DNA of 64,000 nt from Antedon mediterranea. Its lineage: Eukaryota; Animalia; Echinodermata. Below are positions 25,097-38,165 of the stretch, one piece after another; position 1 is the first letter of the stretch; each line of letters starts with the position of its first letter. Where the stretch lies: NCBI RefSeq assembly GCF_964355755.1, contig NC_092677.1:3990101-4054100 (forward strand), written 5' to 3'. The position numbers and the translations under genes were made by a program. The notes beneath the pieces are model-generated. The model had not been told where the DNA came from and searched no databases. It worked only from the letters and a program-made list of their open reading frames with translations.

Positions 25097-25904
25097 ACAA
25101 GGCCAACAGCCATTAAGTCGCGTGCTACAATGCATAGTGATACCGGACCGACAGACAAACAGACCGACAGACAGACAGACCGACAGACAGACGGACCGAC
25201 CGACATAGTGAACTATACTGACCGAAATTACTGAACATGTTTAAAAATGTTGAAATGTTTAAAAACATTTATATTTTTTTAATTTACACGTGCGTAGCCT
25301 GTCACTTTTGACGTGCTCGTATAACGTAATTTCGAGTTGAAAAGTAAGTCAAGAAAACAGAAATCGGGCAAGAAGAGTGCGCAATAACATTTAACGCGCA
25401 GTGCGCGCGCAAAAATCTGCGCACTCATGGCAATTTTGTAAACGCTTAAAATTGCCTGAAACGTACTCTTATTTCATCGAAAATAAATTTTGAAAATTTT
25501 AAGCGCGCTTACGCATGCGTTAAATGCGCTACGCACGTAATTGTATTGCCATATGATGATTTATGCCCTGAAATTTATGAGTACCAAATTTTATTTAATT
25601 GTGATTCATGGTTGTTAAGATATGATTACAAACGTGATTTCGTTAAATCGTGCGTAGACCGCGTAATTTTTTATTGCGCACCGTGAAAACATAACCACAT
25701 CGATTCCTGGCCATAAGGAATATTCTGTGAAAAATTGACTTAGCTAGATTAAACTGATATCAAGATAAGGTCATAAAGCGATAAAACGCATAGTGATACC
25801 GGACCGACAGACAGACAGACAGACAGACCGACAGACAGACCGACAGACAGACAGACAGACAGACCGACCGACATAGTGAACTATAGAGTCGCTTCCACGC
25901 GACT
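25097..25904 (-). mobile_element. Helentron-associated non-autonomous element (HINE/DINE-1-like)
   Basis: Minus strand: T-run, 5' hairpin AGTCGCGTGGAAGCGACT, two (GTCT/GTCG)n microsatellite blocks, inverted subTIR GCACGCGACT, 3' hairpin ATGGCTGTTGGCC then TTGTTTTT; inserted in a T/A run of a satellite B monomer with no TSD. Confidence 0.82.
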
Positions 25905-27928
25905 AAAAACCTGTACTATAGTACAGTGAAATTTTCGAAAAATTGCCATTTTTCGACCCCTTTATTTTTGGACATAAATGGTTACTATAGCATAATAAAC
26001 ATGCGCAAAGTCGAATAATTGTTTCTGCGCATGTCAATTATGCTATAGTAACCAGCACTTTTATTTTTTGACATAAATGGTTACTATAGCATAATAAACA
26101 CGCGCAGAGTCAAATAATGTGTTCTACGCATGTCAATTATGCTATAGTAACCAGTTTTATCGAAAAATCAAAAGGTTGAAATTTGGCCACTTTAAAAAAA
26201 AAAAACCTGTACTATAGTACAGGGAAATTTTCGAAAAAATTGCCAGTTTTCGACCCTTTTATTTTTGGACATAAATGGTTACAATAGCATAATAACCATG
26301 CGCAGAGTCGAATAATAGGTTCTGCGCATGTCAATTATGCTATAGTAACCAGCCCTTTTATTTTGTGACATAAATGGTTACTATAGCATAATAAGCATGC
26401 GCAGAGTCGAATAATGTGTTCTACGCATGTCAATTATGCTATAGTAACCAGTTTTATCGAAAAATAAAAAGGTCGAAATTTGGCAATTTTTTGAAAAAAA
26501 ACCTGTACTATAGTACAGGGAAATTTTCGAAAAATTGCCATTTTTCGACCCCTTTATTTTTTGACATAAATGGTTACTATAGCATAATAAACATGCGCAA
26601 AGTCAAGTAATTGGTTCTGCGCATGTCATTTATGCTATAATAACCAGCACTTTTATTTTATGACATAAATGGTTACTATAGCATAATAAACATGCGCAGA
26701 GTCGAATAATGTTTTCTAGGCATGTCAATTATGCTATAGTAACCAGTTTTATCGAAAAATAAAAAGATCGAAATTTGGCCATTTTTTTTTTTAAACCCTG
26801 TACTATAGTACAGGGAAATTTTCGAAAAATTGCCATTTTTCAACCATTTTATTTTTTGACATAAATGGTTACTATAGCATAATAAACATGCGCAGAGTCG
26901 AATAATTGGTTTTGCGCATGTCAATTATGCTATAGTAACCAGCCCTTTTATTTTGTGACATAAATGGTTACTATAGCATAATAAACATGCGCAGAGTCGA
27001 ATAATGTGTTCTGCACATGTCAATTATGCTATAGTAACCAGTTTTATCGAAAAATAAAAAGGTCGAAATTTGGCCATTTTTTGAAAAAAAACCTCTACTA
27101 TAGTACAGGGAAATTTTCGAAAAATTGCCATTTTTCGATCTTTTTATTTTTGGACATAAATGGTTACTATAATAAACATGCGCAAAGTCAAATAATTGGT
27201 TCTGCGCATGTCAATTATGCTATAGTAACCAGCACTTTTATTTTTTGACATAAATCGTTACTATAGCATAATAAACATGCGCAGAGTCGAATAATGTGTT
27301 CTACGCATGTCAATTATGCTATAGTAACCAGTTTTATCGAAAAATAAAAAGGTCGAAATTTTGCCATTTAAAAAAAAAAAACCTATACTATAGTAGAGGG
27401 AAATTTTCGAAAAATTGCCATTTTTCGACCCCTTTATTTTTGGACATAAATGGTTACTATAGCATAATAAACATGCGCAGAGTCGAATAATTGGTTCTGC
27501 GCATGTCAATTATGCTATAGTAACCAGCCCTTTTATTTTGTGACATAAATGGTTACTATAGCATAATAAACATGCGCAAAGTCGAATAATTGGTTCTGCG
27601 CATGTCAATTATGCTATAGTAACCAGCACTTTTATTTTGTGACATAAATGGTTACTATAGCATAATAAACATGCGCAAAGTCGAATAATTGTTTCTGCGC
27701 ATGTCAATTATGCTATAGTAACCAGCACTTTTATTTTATGACATAAATGGTTACTATAGCATAATAAACATGCGCAGAGTCGAATAATGTTTTCTAGGCA
27801 TGTCAATTATGCTATAGTAACCAGTTTTATCGAAAAATAAAAAGATCGAAATTTGGCCATTTTTTTTTTTAAAACAGGGAAATTTTCGAAAAATTGCCAT
27901 TTTTCGACCATTTTATTTTTGGACATAA

Positions 27929-28576
27929 TAACCAATTATGTCACAAAATAAAAGTGCTGGTTACTATAGCATAATTGACATGCGCAGAAACAATTATTCG
28001 ACTTTGCGCATGTTTATTATGCTATAGTAACCATTTATGTCACAAAATAAAAGGGCTGGTTACTATAGCATAATTGACATGCGCAGAACCAATTATTCGA
28101 CTCTGCGCATGTTTATTATGCTATAGTAACCATTTATGTCCAAAAATAAAAGGGTCGAAAAATGGTAATTTTTCGAAAATTTCCCTGTTACTAAAGTACA
28201 GGGTTTTTTGACATGTGCAGAACACATTATTTGACTCTGCGCATGTTTATTATAATAAACATGCGCAGAGTCAAATAATGTGTTCTGCACATGTCAAAAA
28301 ACCCTGTACTTTAGTAACAGGGAAATTTTCGAAAAATTACCATTTTTCGACCCTTTTATTTTTGGACATAAATGGTTACTATAGCATAATAAACATGCGC
28401 AGAGTCGAATAATTGGTTCTGCGCATGTCAATTATGCTATAGTAACCAGCCCTTTTATTTTGTGACATAAATGGTTACTATAGCATAATAAACATGCGCA
28501 AAGTCGAATAATTGTTTCTGCGCATGTCAATTATGCTATAGTAACCAGCACTTTTATTTTGTGACATAATTGGTTA
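27929..28576. repeat. 648-bp perfect spacerless palindrome (centre 28252/28253)
   Basis: Centre gtttatt|ataataaac region; ORF track shows identical 65-aa ORFs at 28093-28290(-) and 28215-28412(+); symmetry checked by eye to 27929/28576. Confidence 0.85.
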
Positions 28577-29077
28577 CTATGGCATAATAAACATGCGCAG
28601 AGTCGAATAATGTTTTCTACGCATGTCAATTATGCTATAGTAACCAGTTTTATCGAAAAATAAAAAGATCGAAATTTTGTCATTTTTTTAAATTATGCTA
28701 TAGTAACCATCCCTTATATTTTTTGACATAAATGGTTACTATAGCATAATAAACATGCGTAGAGTCGAATAATTTCGAAAAAATAAAAAAGTCGAAATTT
28801 TGCAATTTTTTTGAAAAAAACCCTGACCTTTTATTTTTTAAAAGGTAGTACATGGATTTTTTTTAAATGGCCAAAATAGGCACTTTTTAAAATACTTTTA
28901 TTATGCAATACTATTGCTATATAGGGCATATATTGCGTTATAATCATTTTATATACGTATAGTAACCATTTTTAAGTCAAAAAATAAAAAGGTCGAAATT
29001 TGGCAATTTTTTTCAAAAAAATCCCTGTACCATAGTAGAACTGTCATTATGTTTGTCAAAAACACATAATTCAATTG

Positions 29078-29180
29078 AGCTTGGTTTCCAAGAGGACATA
29101 AACGCAACGCAAACGTGTTGACCAATGACAAGCGATCGTTCGAATACATCATCGCTTGTGATTGGTCAACTAACTCAAAT
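29078..29180. mobile_element. MITE family B fragment (acgcaacgcaa...tgaccaat...attggtcaac core)
   Basis: Related partial copies at ~30085-30155, ~30735-30860, ~55475-55580 and ~56785-57050; inverted CCAAT/ATTGG core. Confidence 0.55.
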
Positions 29181-31257
29181 CCATCCATGATAAAAAAAAA
29201 AAAAGATAATTGTAACAGTTTAAACAAAAATGGAAATTCCACTCTGCAATGAATTCCTCGAAACTATCAAAACATGTGTACAATAATCCTATTTTGGAAA
29301 TGTTGAGTGTTTGAAATATCTGTTAGGGATGTACAACCGGTGACGAATAATTATATTATATACAATACTGTATCAGGTTTCTTTCCGTTAAAGTTCAACA
29401 AATGCCTTTAAAAGCATTCACCAGTTTCCTGATATTTTCCGGATTATTGTTAATGGTTTTGTTTTTAATACAGAGAAGGAGAACTATGTTGTCTATACCT
29501 TTATTGCTGTCATTATTCTGAAAACAATTTTAGATTAAGTTTTATTAATTGGCCACGATAATAATTTCAATTTAATTTATTTCCACAATATAATAACATA
29601 TAGGATAATAAATACAATGAAGTAATCATGTGAGGGGAGGGTAATATATAACACGAAATATATATAGGCCTAATACGAAAGCTGCCTGTATTGTTTCATC
29701 CCGTTCCGATGAAGATAGCACTACGTAATTTTACTTGAAACATATTGTAAATAAAATATTTACCATAAATCTAAAAGTTCTCCATCTGATTTCCTGCAGT
29801 TTTGAAGTAATTTGAATTTAAATTACGAACTATTTTCCCACAACCAATCAACGAATATTCATGCGCCGACTTGATTTTTATGACGTATAATTAAATTGAA
29901 CCAATCGCGACAGTGATTTTACGTCACGCTTATCTAATTCTACAATAACAAAACAATTCTCAGCATGGCCGAAAAGAATCATGCGAATATGCAGCATGAT
30001 TCACAGAAAAAGACGTTGTTTGTTTATTGCTGTGGATGACGCGTGACCAATTTGGGAAAATCAACACTGCGTTACTATCATATGTAATTTGACCAATCAC
30101 AACGATGCATCATCCAAACTGTCGCTTGTGATTGGTCAACTCACTTGAGTTGCGCCTTTATTATTAAAAACAAAAGCAAAATTACACCCAGATCGTGTTT
30201 ATTGAGATCAAACATAACCTACAGTATTTAAAATTTTCAGTTTTACAATTCCGGAATACTATAACTGAAGAATATAGATTACATTATTAATAATTTATAG
30301 TTCATAAATTCGAGAAAAAAAATTAAAGTCCTATTACTCAAAATGTAATTACAGTTTTAATGGAGATATTCGTAATTCCAGTTCCATTTAAAATGTTTTC
30401 CTTAAAAAAAGATTTCGGAAAAATAAATACAAATTAGACCCCTACATCAATTTTTCATTTGAAATTCTGCCTGTATGAAACTGTATTATTATGTCTACAA
30501 TATAAATCTTAGGATATAATATTATTAACGCTAATGTTCCTGGATACACAATGTATGTGATGCATATATGTTACGGTATCAAGGCACTTGCCTATGAATG
30601 ATACTGGACAATAATGTAGATACAGTATATGGAATTGGAATATTACCTACTACAATTGAATTCCAAACGAATCCAGGACAAAACTATTAACATGGCCAAC
30701 ACATATGGAGACATCCCTACTGCATTTAAATCTCCCGCAGTAACGTAACGCAACGTGACCAATCACAACCGATGGATTTCTTAACTGTCGCTCATCATTG
30801 GTCAACTCGCTTGCGTTGCGTCTACGTCATTGCATTGCCTTCTAGTGGGAACCAAGTTTCAAGGGTGCTTACGATCACGAAACAACATAATCTTACATAG
30901 AGGGCGGGGTTCAGGGGCACTATAAATGTAAATTCTGCTCTAAGGTTCAATACAATTACAATATAAGTAAAATATAAAAGTTAACATTTAATACATAAAA
31001 TAATATACACGATATTTCGACAATTTAACAAATACAAACGTACTTGCAAAATATCCAAATATAGCCAGAAGTTCCCGATATGAATACTGAAATTTTATCT
31101 ACATAAAATGCTAACTAATCATAAAACATTTAAATATTTAAAAATACACTATAGCATACTGTGACAAAGTCATTTATAAGTTATAGTATTCTATTGTTAC
31201 TTTCGGTGTAGAATATCATTTGAAAGTCATTTATAGAATTTTTCAATGACAAATTAA

Positions 31258-34200
31258 TTAACGAAATTGTGGGTACTGAGCCCAGTTTCCTTGTATAAAC
31301 ACTTGTGGTTGAGCTTGCTGCGTCTGTTGGCCGTTTTGTTGAGGTTGTCCCTGAGCAACCTGTTGCTGTTGAGCTGGCTGCGTCTGCACTTGTATTAGCT
31401 GCTGAGGTACTGGACTCATTGACTGTGTCACGGTGTGAAGCTGCGTTAACTGAGGCGTCCCGGTCTGATCACCCGATGCCTGCTGAAATTGTGTCACATT
31501 CTGCCGAACTTGCGATAAGTCTACTGTAGTGGTTGACGTGCCTGGCTGAGCACTGACCAGCTGAGTGGCTGCTGCGGCTGCCACTGCCATCGAACTGGTC
31601 TGGATCTGTGTCACAGGAATCGGTGTGACCGTGATAGTACCGGAAGACAAGTTCTGTGAGATAGGAATCTGCATTCCACTGACGCTGGCTATATTTGGCA
31701 CTGTTCCAGCTGCCTGCGAGACTGGCATTTGAATCTGTGAAACTGGTATTTGAGCGTGCAGAGTCTGAAGGATTGGTGGTTGACCTTGTTGGTGTATAAT
31801 CCTTTGAATCTGCTGAACAGGTTGATATTCAGATCCACCTTGCTGCTGGCGCATCTCGTTGATGGACTGCGACAGCTCCGTCATAGCCTGTGTTAGCAAG
31901 TCTGTAGCTTGTACAGGCTCTGTTTGAATAACCTGCGCCTGTTGATGACCACTTGGCGTCTCAATATACCGAATTTGAATAGTCTGAGGCGCTTGCAACT
32001 GATCCTGACCAACCACATGTTGTATTTCAACCTCTCCACCATGTTCTGGTTGAGCCTCAACTGTGATTGTTGCAGGATGTCCTGTAGCAGCAGCAGCTAG
32101 AGCAACAGCAGCGGCAGCATCTCCAGATGGGAACACCACTTGTTCACCGCCGATAACAACTTGTTGAACACCATGTTGAATGCTGTCATGCACAATGACA
32201 TGATTCATGTCAGAATTCATTTGTTCCTGCATCAAAGAAATTTGATTAACTGTAGCACCTCGCTTAACCAGAGTAGAAGCCTGCGGATTTGATTCCATAT
32301 GCTTCTTCCGTACATGATCCATCATCTTAGCTTTTGTACTATACTGACGTGGACAATGAGCACATGCAAAGTAATGTGTAGTTGTTGTGCCAGCAGGAGC
32401 TGTATGAGGATCACCCATTGGGCTGTTAGGATCTCCTTTGGTGACTCTCAGACTTGGAGGTAACTGCGCTCCTGGATGATTTTTTAGAATGTGTATTTTT
32501 CTCTTACTACTGCTTTTATACACTTTCTCACAATAAGCGCAGAAATAATTACGATTTGGCTTTACAATCGGAAGATTTAATTCGGGAATAGAGTCAATTA
32601 CCACGTCAGGGTGTGTTTTTGCAAGGTGGTTTACCAGCATGCCTCGTCGCTTGAAGCCAACTCGGCAAATTCTACATTTAAAGGTGAAACGGTCTATATC
32701 ACTTGGTGGGATCTGTGGCTTGAAAGGTACCTTCCTAGGCTTGTTAGCCTGTAACGCGATCTCTGCCTCCCTTTGAGGATTGTGCATCCGTTGCATATGC
32801 TCTTTTAACTTGTCTTTACGTTTGAATTGTTTTCCACAATTGGCGCATAGGAAGTCCTTTTTGTCCGAATGTCGTAAAAGATGAAGCCGAAGCTTATCAG
32901 GTCTTGGAAACACTTTTTCACAGTGGTCACAAGGGAATTCTTTTTGAGAATGAAAGCTACGAATATGTTTCCGTATCTGAGCGTATTCCTTGAATATTTT
33001 TTCACAGTGTGGGCAGTGATAAAGTCCATTTTTACGATGAAGCACAACATGTTGTCGGAGAAGATCACTCTTGTCAAAGGAATCTTCACAAAAGGGACAC
33101 TGTAAGCACCTGTCTTCAGAATGCACTTTCATGTGACAGGCAAGAGCAGATTGACTTTGCACTGACTTCCCACAAACTTCACACTGAATTGAGTTCTCGT
33201 TTTCAATATGCAACTCCATATGTTTTTCGAGTTTCGTTTCATCTTGTAAAAATCTCTTACAGATTTCGCATCTGATGGCATTGCGATACTGCTCTACAAT
33301 GCCAGGTTTATGTTGACCATGTGCACTCGCATGCAGCCATAACGTTTTCTTATCTTCAAATTCTTCATCACAATCTGGACACATCAACTCTGGGCCTGGA
33401 TCATCATCATCATCATTGTTCTCTTTGTCATCATCTTCAGTCTTATCAACTTCCATTGCTTCTTCATCCTTGTTCTTAGCTGCGCCATCTTCTGTGATAC
33501 CAGCTTCTTTGGCAGCAGTCTCAATTACTTCAGTGATAAATGAAACTGGTTGTAATTCTCCTTCTGGTTTGCTTTCTTTTGCTTCCGGTTCATCGTCTCG
33601 GAGGTCGTGAATGTTACTGTGAAGATCAAGCAAATCGTTGCTTTCAAAACACAAATCACACTGTAAACAAGGCCAGACATCATCCTCATCTTCTTCGTCA
33701 AATCCCCTTCGGCTTCGTCTCTGTCCCTCATTAGATTCCTCCTCATGTTTTCTCATGTGCCGTAGCTTGTTATATGTATGGGAAAATGTTTTCTTGCATA
33801 CGGGACAAGTGAAGTTTTTCTCGCCGGAATGCATTAGCATGTGACGTGTTAAGCTGTACAGCCTAGCAAATTGTTTTCCACATTCTGTACAAGCATATCC
33901 CTCTTGCATTCTTAACTTCAAGCCTTTGGCTCCTTTCAGCTTAGACATTGCCAAGCGACCACGATACCCTTCGGGGTATTTTCTAGGCCGCCCTCTTTTG
34001 CTCTTTTTGCCTCGTTGTGGCTTAGTATGAAGGGCATCATGTGTTGCAAGGTGGCGCTGTAAAAGATCTGATGTTCGGAATTTACGGTTACACTCAAAAC
34101 AAGGCCAGGTCTTATCATTTTCTTCCATTTCTGAAAAAAATAATGTTCAATTTTCAAATATTTCTTGATTTTATTACTACTGTAATGACACCTGTCTGTG

Positions 34201-37166
34201 AAGTGCCATTCAAACAATTATTCCTATATATAACACAACACACAAGATAATCATGCAAGACAAGTTTCATTCAATTGAAGCTCCATAATCCTATGCTACT
34301 ACTGTAGGAACAACTAAATAATTGCAAACAGGTTAACAAGTAAAGAAAATACAGTTACATTACAGCAGTAACTGCAGTAGAATCTTTAATTAAAAATTGT
34401 CATACCTTGTACTTCTTCGGCCGTGGCTTCTAGAACGCTAAGCCCTAGAAATTCTGCGTACACTCTTGTATACCAGACCTTAAGTTCAGTCTTTGGGTCG
34501 ATATTCTTCATTGTGGCAAAGTAGATGTTGCCATCGGCCTGGAACGCTACCAGGTTCTGCTCACTGTATCTCTTAGCTGGTCTAATGAACATCATCCAGT
34601 TACATTCTGCCTCATCCGAACAATCCACATACGACACTGATTGATCTGGTTTCTGGATCTAAATGGAAACATTTTTTTAAAATTAATTGACTAACGAAAG
34701 GCGATGGCAAATGATGATAGTAATGTGATATTCAGGAATATGAAGAATATTAAGATGGTGATGGTAATGGCAATGATAATGATAGTGAAGTGATATTCAG
34801 GAATATGATGGTTAATTATAAAATGCCTGATAATGATATGCAAATGATATATTCACCTTCCACTTTATGGCTGCATTACTTATTTCATCTTCTGCGGTTC
34901 TTACTTTTCCTTCAAGAGGCCCAAACTGAGTTCTTTTAGGAACAGTTTTACGAGCAAACACTCCTACAAAAACAATTCATATATTTATATTCTAATATTT
35001 GGTGTTATTAAAGAAGCAAATGGCATCAAAATAACTTTGATAAAGGTACTGTACCTATTTCTCCATCTTCTACTTTAAATATCTGTAAAATGGCAGGCAG
35101 ACTAGCCCTAGCTCGAGATGTTACAGGCTTATCCGCAATGGTATGAAATATACCTTGCTTTAGAAAGTCTTCCTCGTTAAACTCATTACCTTCTTCTGTT
35201 AAAACAAAATGTAAAAAATAATGAATAATAATGAAGAAAAAAAAATGCAGTGCTGAAATTTTCTTTACAACCAACAAATGGCATATTTCTGTGCCGGATG
35301 ATTATATTTCAAAACCAAACATAGTAGGAATCAAAAGTATATAACACCATGTTTATAGAAAGTAAGTTTTTTTTTTTTTTTTTAACCACTACAGTTCATT
35401 TGGTAAGAGAAAGATATTTCATAATGTCATGAACATGGACTGCACCTGATTTCCAAAAGTCCTAAATATTTTTTTTTAAATAGCTGGCACAAAAGTGAAA
35501 ACAATTAAACGCTGGTTCAAAATGATACCTATTCACAATAAAACATTTTTGTTTTAAATTCAATATTTTACAAAGGGGCATCACAAGGTAAAACCACCCT
35601 AGTGAAAAATAATTCATAGCAAAATTGTTTTGGAATTTGGAGACAATACTGTAATCATTACACACATACCTTCATCATCGACATCCATATCGTTTGGATT
35701 TCCTGGTTTCATTGATCGCCTGCGAGGGCGACTATCAAGTTCCTCTTCGCCTTCCAATTTGTATGGAATAGGCTGAACAATGACCTTGGAACCCTTTTTG
35801 CGTCCACGTTTCTTAGGGGTTACCCCCGACGTGGATGCAGTCATCTCTTCATCCACGGTGCTCTCATGGATCATGCTTGGCACATGTGGTATTATCTCAC
35901 CTTCACGCTCTTGGATGCTGAGCGCTTCATGAAGGAGGAAGAGATCAGAAGGGGGTTCAGCAAGAACGCCCGTGGAATCTGGTATTGTTGTACCTTCAGT
36001 ATTTCTATCTGCAAGTAAAAAAATATTTTCTGCATTAAAACACAATTTTAATACAGTTCTCCAAAACATTCAATAAAATGATTAATACTAATAATAATTA
36101 AAAGTATAAAATTGTTAATTGTTAAATTTGATTCATTTTGTTATCATCAATCAAAATTTATTAATAATATATGCAAAATGTGTGACCTCAAAATGTCTCA
36201 CTGACTTAAAGTAGAAAGCTAGCATTAAATACTCTTTTGAATTATTTTGTGTCGGAACTAACCTTCCATAACTGTGGAAATCTCTTCGACATGGACACAG
36301 ACAACATTAGGTTGTTCGTTATCTACTGGTGGTAGCGACTCAGCCACCGTTGACTCAGGTTCATGATGACTTGACTCTGCCTCCGAAGACAATGCAAAAC
36401 GACTGCTGGTGCTGCCCTAAATCATAAAGCATTAGATAATGCACTCTGTAAAGGAATCTTATGGTTTCCTCTTAATGGGAACATGGTATGGCGTCTCTTT
36501 AGAATTGGCAAACTTCCAAGAAACGTATTTATTAATTCAGTTTGTTTGCATGATAAGATACACAATTTTCAAGTTAACTCCCAGCCTGCTCGGATTTTCT
36601 TTTTTTGTATAATTAGTATTTAACTAAAATATTATATACAGACAAATACCTATTGATTTTTTTTTTAATCAACGTCAAAAAGATTATTAAAATCTATAGT
36701 TATGATGTACAGTACTGGAATATTAAATAGTGCGCTATGAAATCAGTCAAGTACAGTATTTCTGTTTTTGATTTGTTTATACAGTACTAAATATTTAAAC
36801 CCGGAAGAGATAAAACAAGACAAACATGAGAAGCAGAAGCATCATTGATGAAGCGGCTTCCTAGATAGGAAAATTCTGGTTTAGGTAGAAAAAGATTTTT
36901 CTGGTATTACCAATTTAAAGCAACATACATACACACTTAAAATTAAGACCAGACTAAAAGATCTATAAATATTATGTGCATACTACTAATTTAGTAATAA
37001 ATTAGTGTACAGTGTACGATTTATTTCCTTCTAGGCTAGCCTACAATAGTTAAATATTGAATTGTACCTGCTGGCTAGTGCCCTGAGAGCTTGATACACC
37101 ATCATCCTGTTCACCTCCCTGTGAGGCATGTGGTGGCCACACAGGCTCTCGTCCCTCAGCTTCCAT
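31258..37166 (-). CDS. PRDM10: PR/SET domain zinc finger protein 10, ~1321 aa, 7 coding exons
   Basis: Exons 37068-37166, 36263-36416, 35670-36008, 35055-35195, 34857-34963, 34406-34658, 31258-34130, all GT-AG and frame-consistent. PR domain (SRARASLP, RTQFGP, CNWMMFIRPA..EQNL, ELKVWY); C-terminal fingers FPRPDKLRLHLLRHSDKKDFLC..CGKQFKRKDKL.EHMQRMHNP.RE, RRGMLVNHL, KVYKS.SKRK.HILKNHPG match the PRDM10 signature; Gln-rich C-terminus. Confidence 0.93.
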
Positions 37167-38109
37167 ATTTTACTTTAAAAAAACACATTTAAATAACATT
37201 AGCTATCATTATTTAACGACATATAAAAAATAGACAAAATAGTTTTAAAGTTTAAAGTGTTTTCCTCGTCAGATAATCAGTCCTATCTGTTGGTTAACTC
37301 CATAAAACACCTGTTCCTGGGAGCAGTCACTACTTCTTATCAGTTAGCCATATGTCATGAATTTATAAGAAAGGAACAATGTGACGGGATTCGGATTGCT
37401 AAATAAATTTGCATAGAAATGATATAAAAAGAATATGTCTACATACATCACATGGATGGTGTAATTTGTTTATTATATAGTAATAAAATATGTATTTTCA
37501 GTTATATGAATTGTTTTTATTTTTTATATAGTTGCCACCTATGAATAATTAAAATGAAACAGTATAACTATTTATTAAAATTAGACTACTGTATATCAAG
37601 TACTCCATGCAACTATACAGATAGATCTATGCTATTAATACACACTATAGCAAGCCAAGGGCAAGGCCTAACTAAGAAAGGCCTAGCTAGCTAGGTATAA
37701 AATGTAGGCAATTATCCTAAAAATAAATCCTGATTTTTAGATTGTACTAATTATATAGTTTTATCCTGTACTGCTAATTCAATCAAACAAAAAGAGCACC
37801 CCCTTAGATTATTGAATTATCCCAAAAAGTGGAACGCTCTTCGTAAACAAAAAATGGACTATCCTGGGGATGGGCCTACTCCATTTCCTTGCCGTGTGTA
37901 CCCACCCGAATGGTTTGACCGAATCGTTCAACGACTAAAATATAAATCTAACGTCTTTATCTTCGCTTATTCGTACTACGTGCATTAAATATTACATATT
38001 TGATTTAGTTGTCTTTATTTATATCTTTAAATGTATCCAGACACAACATATTAGTGAAAGGAAGCGATTTGATGTGTGTAAAACAACAACGATATGACAT
38101 CACAATCTC

Positions 38110-38165
38110 TGAACTCTTCGCCATTTTCGAACGACGACCTCCCCTATCCAAAATGGTTGTCTTCT
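38110..38165 (-). promoter_or_regulatory. Probable PRDM10 TSS region with YY1-type AAAATGGCG motif
   Basis: cgccatttt at ~38119-38127 in a locally CpG-richer patch about 1 kb upstream of the first coding exon. Confidence 0.35.

Larger units (their letters stand above)
21830..29040. repeat. Satellite array of two palindromic monomers (A ~99 bp, B ~96 bp), mostly in ~294-bp AAB higher-order units
   Basis: A: ggttactatagcataat-aaacatgcgcaga...tctgcgcatgtc-aattatgctatagtaacc; B: aaaataaaaaggtcgaaa...cctgtactatagtacagg...tttcgacccttttatttt; repeated throughout 22220-28790 with degenerate edges. Confidence 0.95.

Noticed and set aside
22420-28412. Many 62-82 aa ORFs in the ORF track
   Set aside because: They are chance translations of the satellite monomers on both strands.
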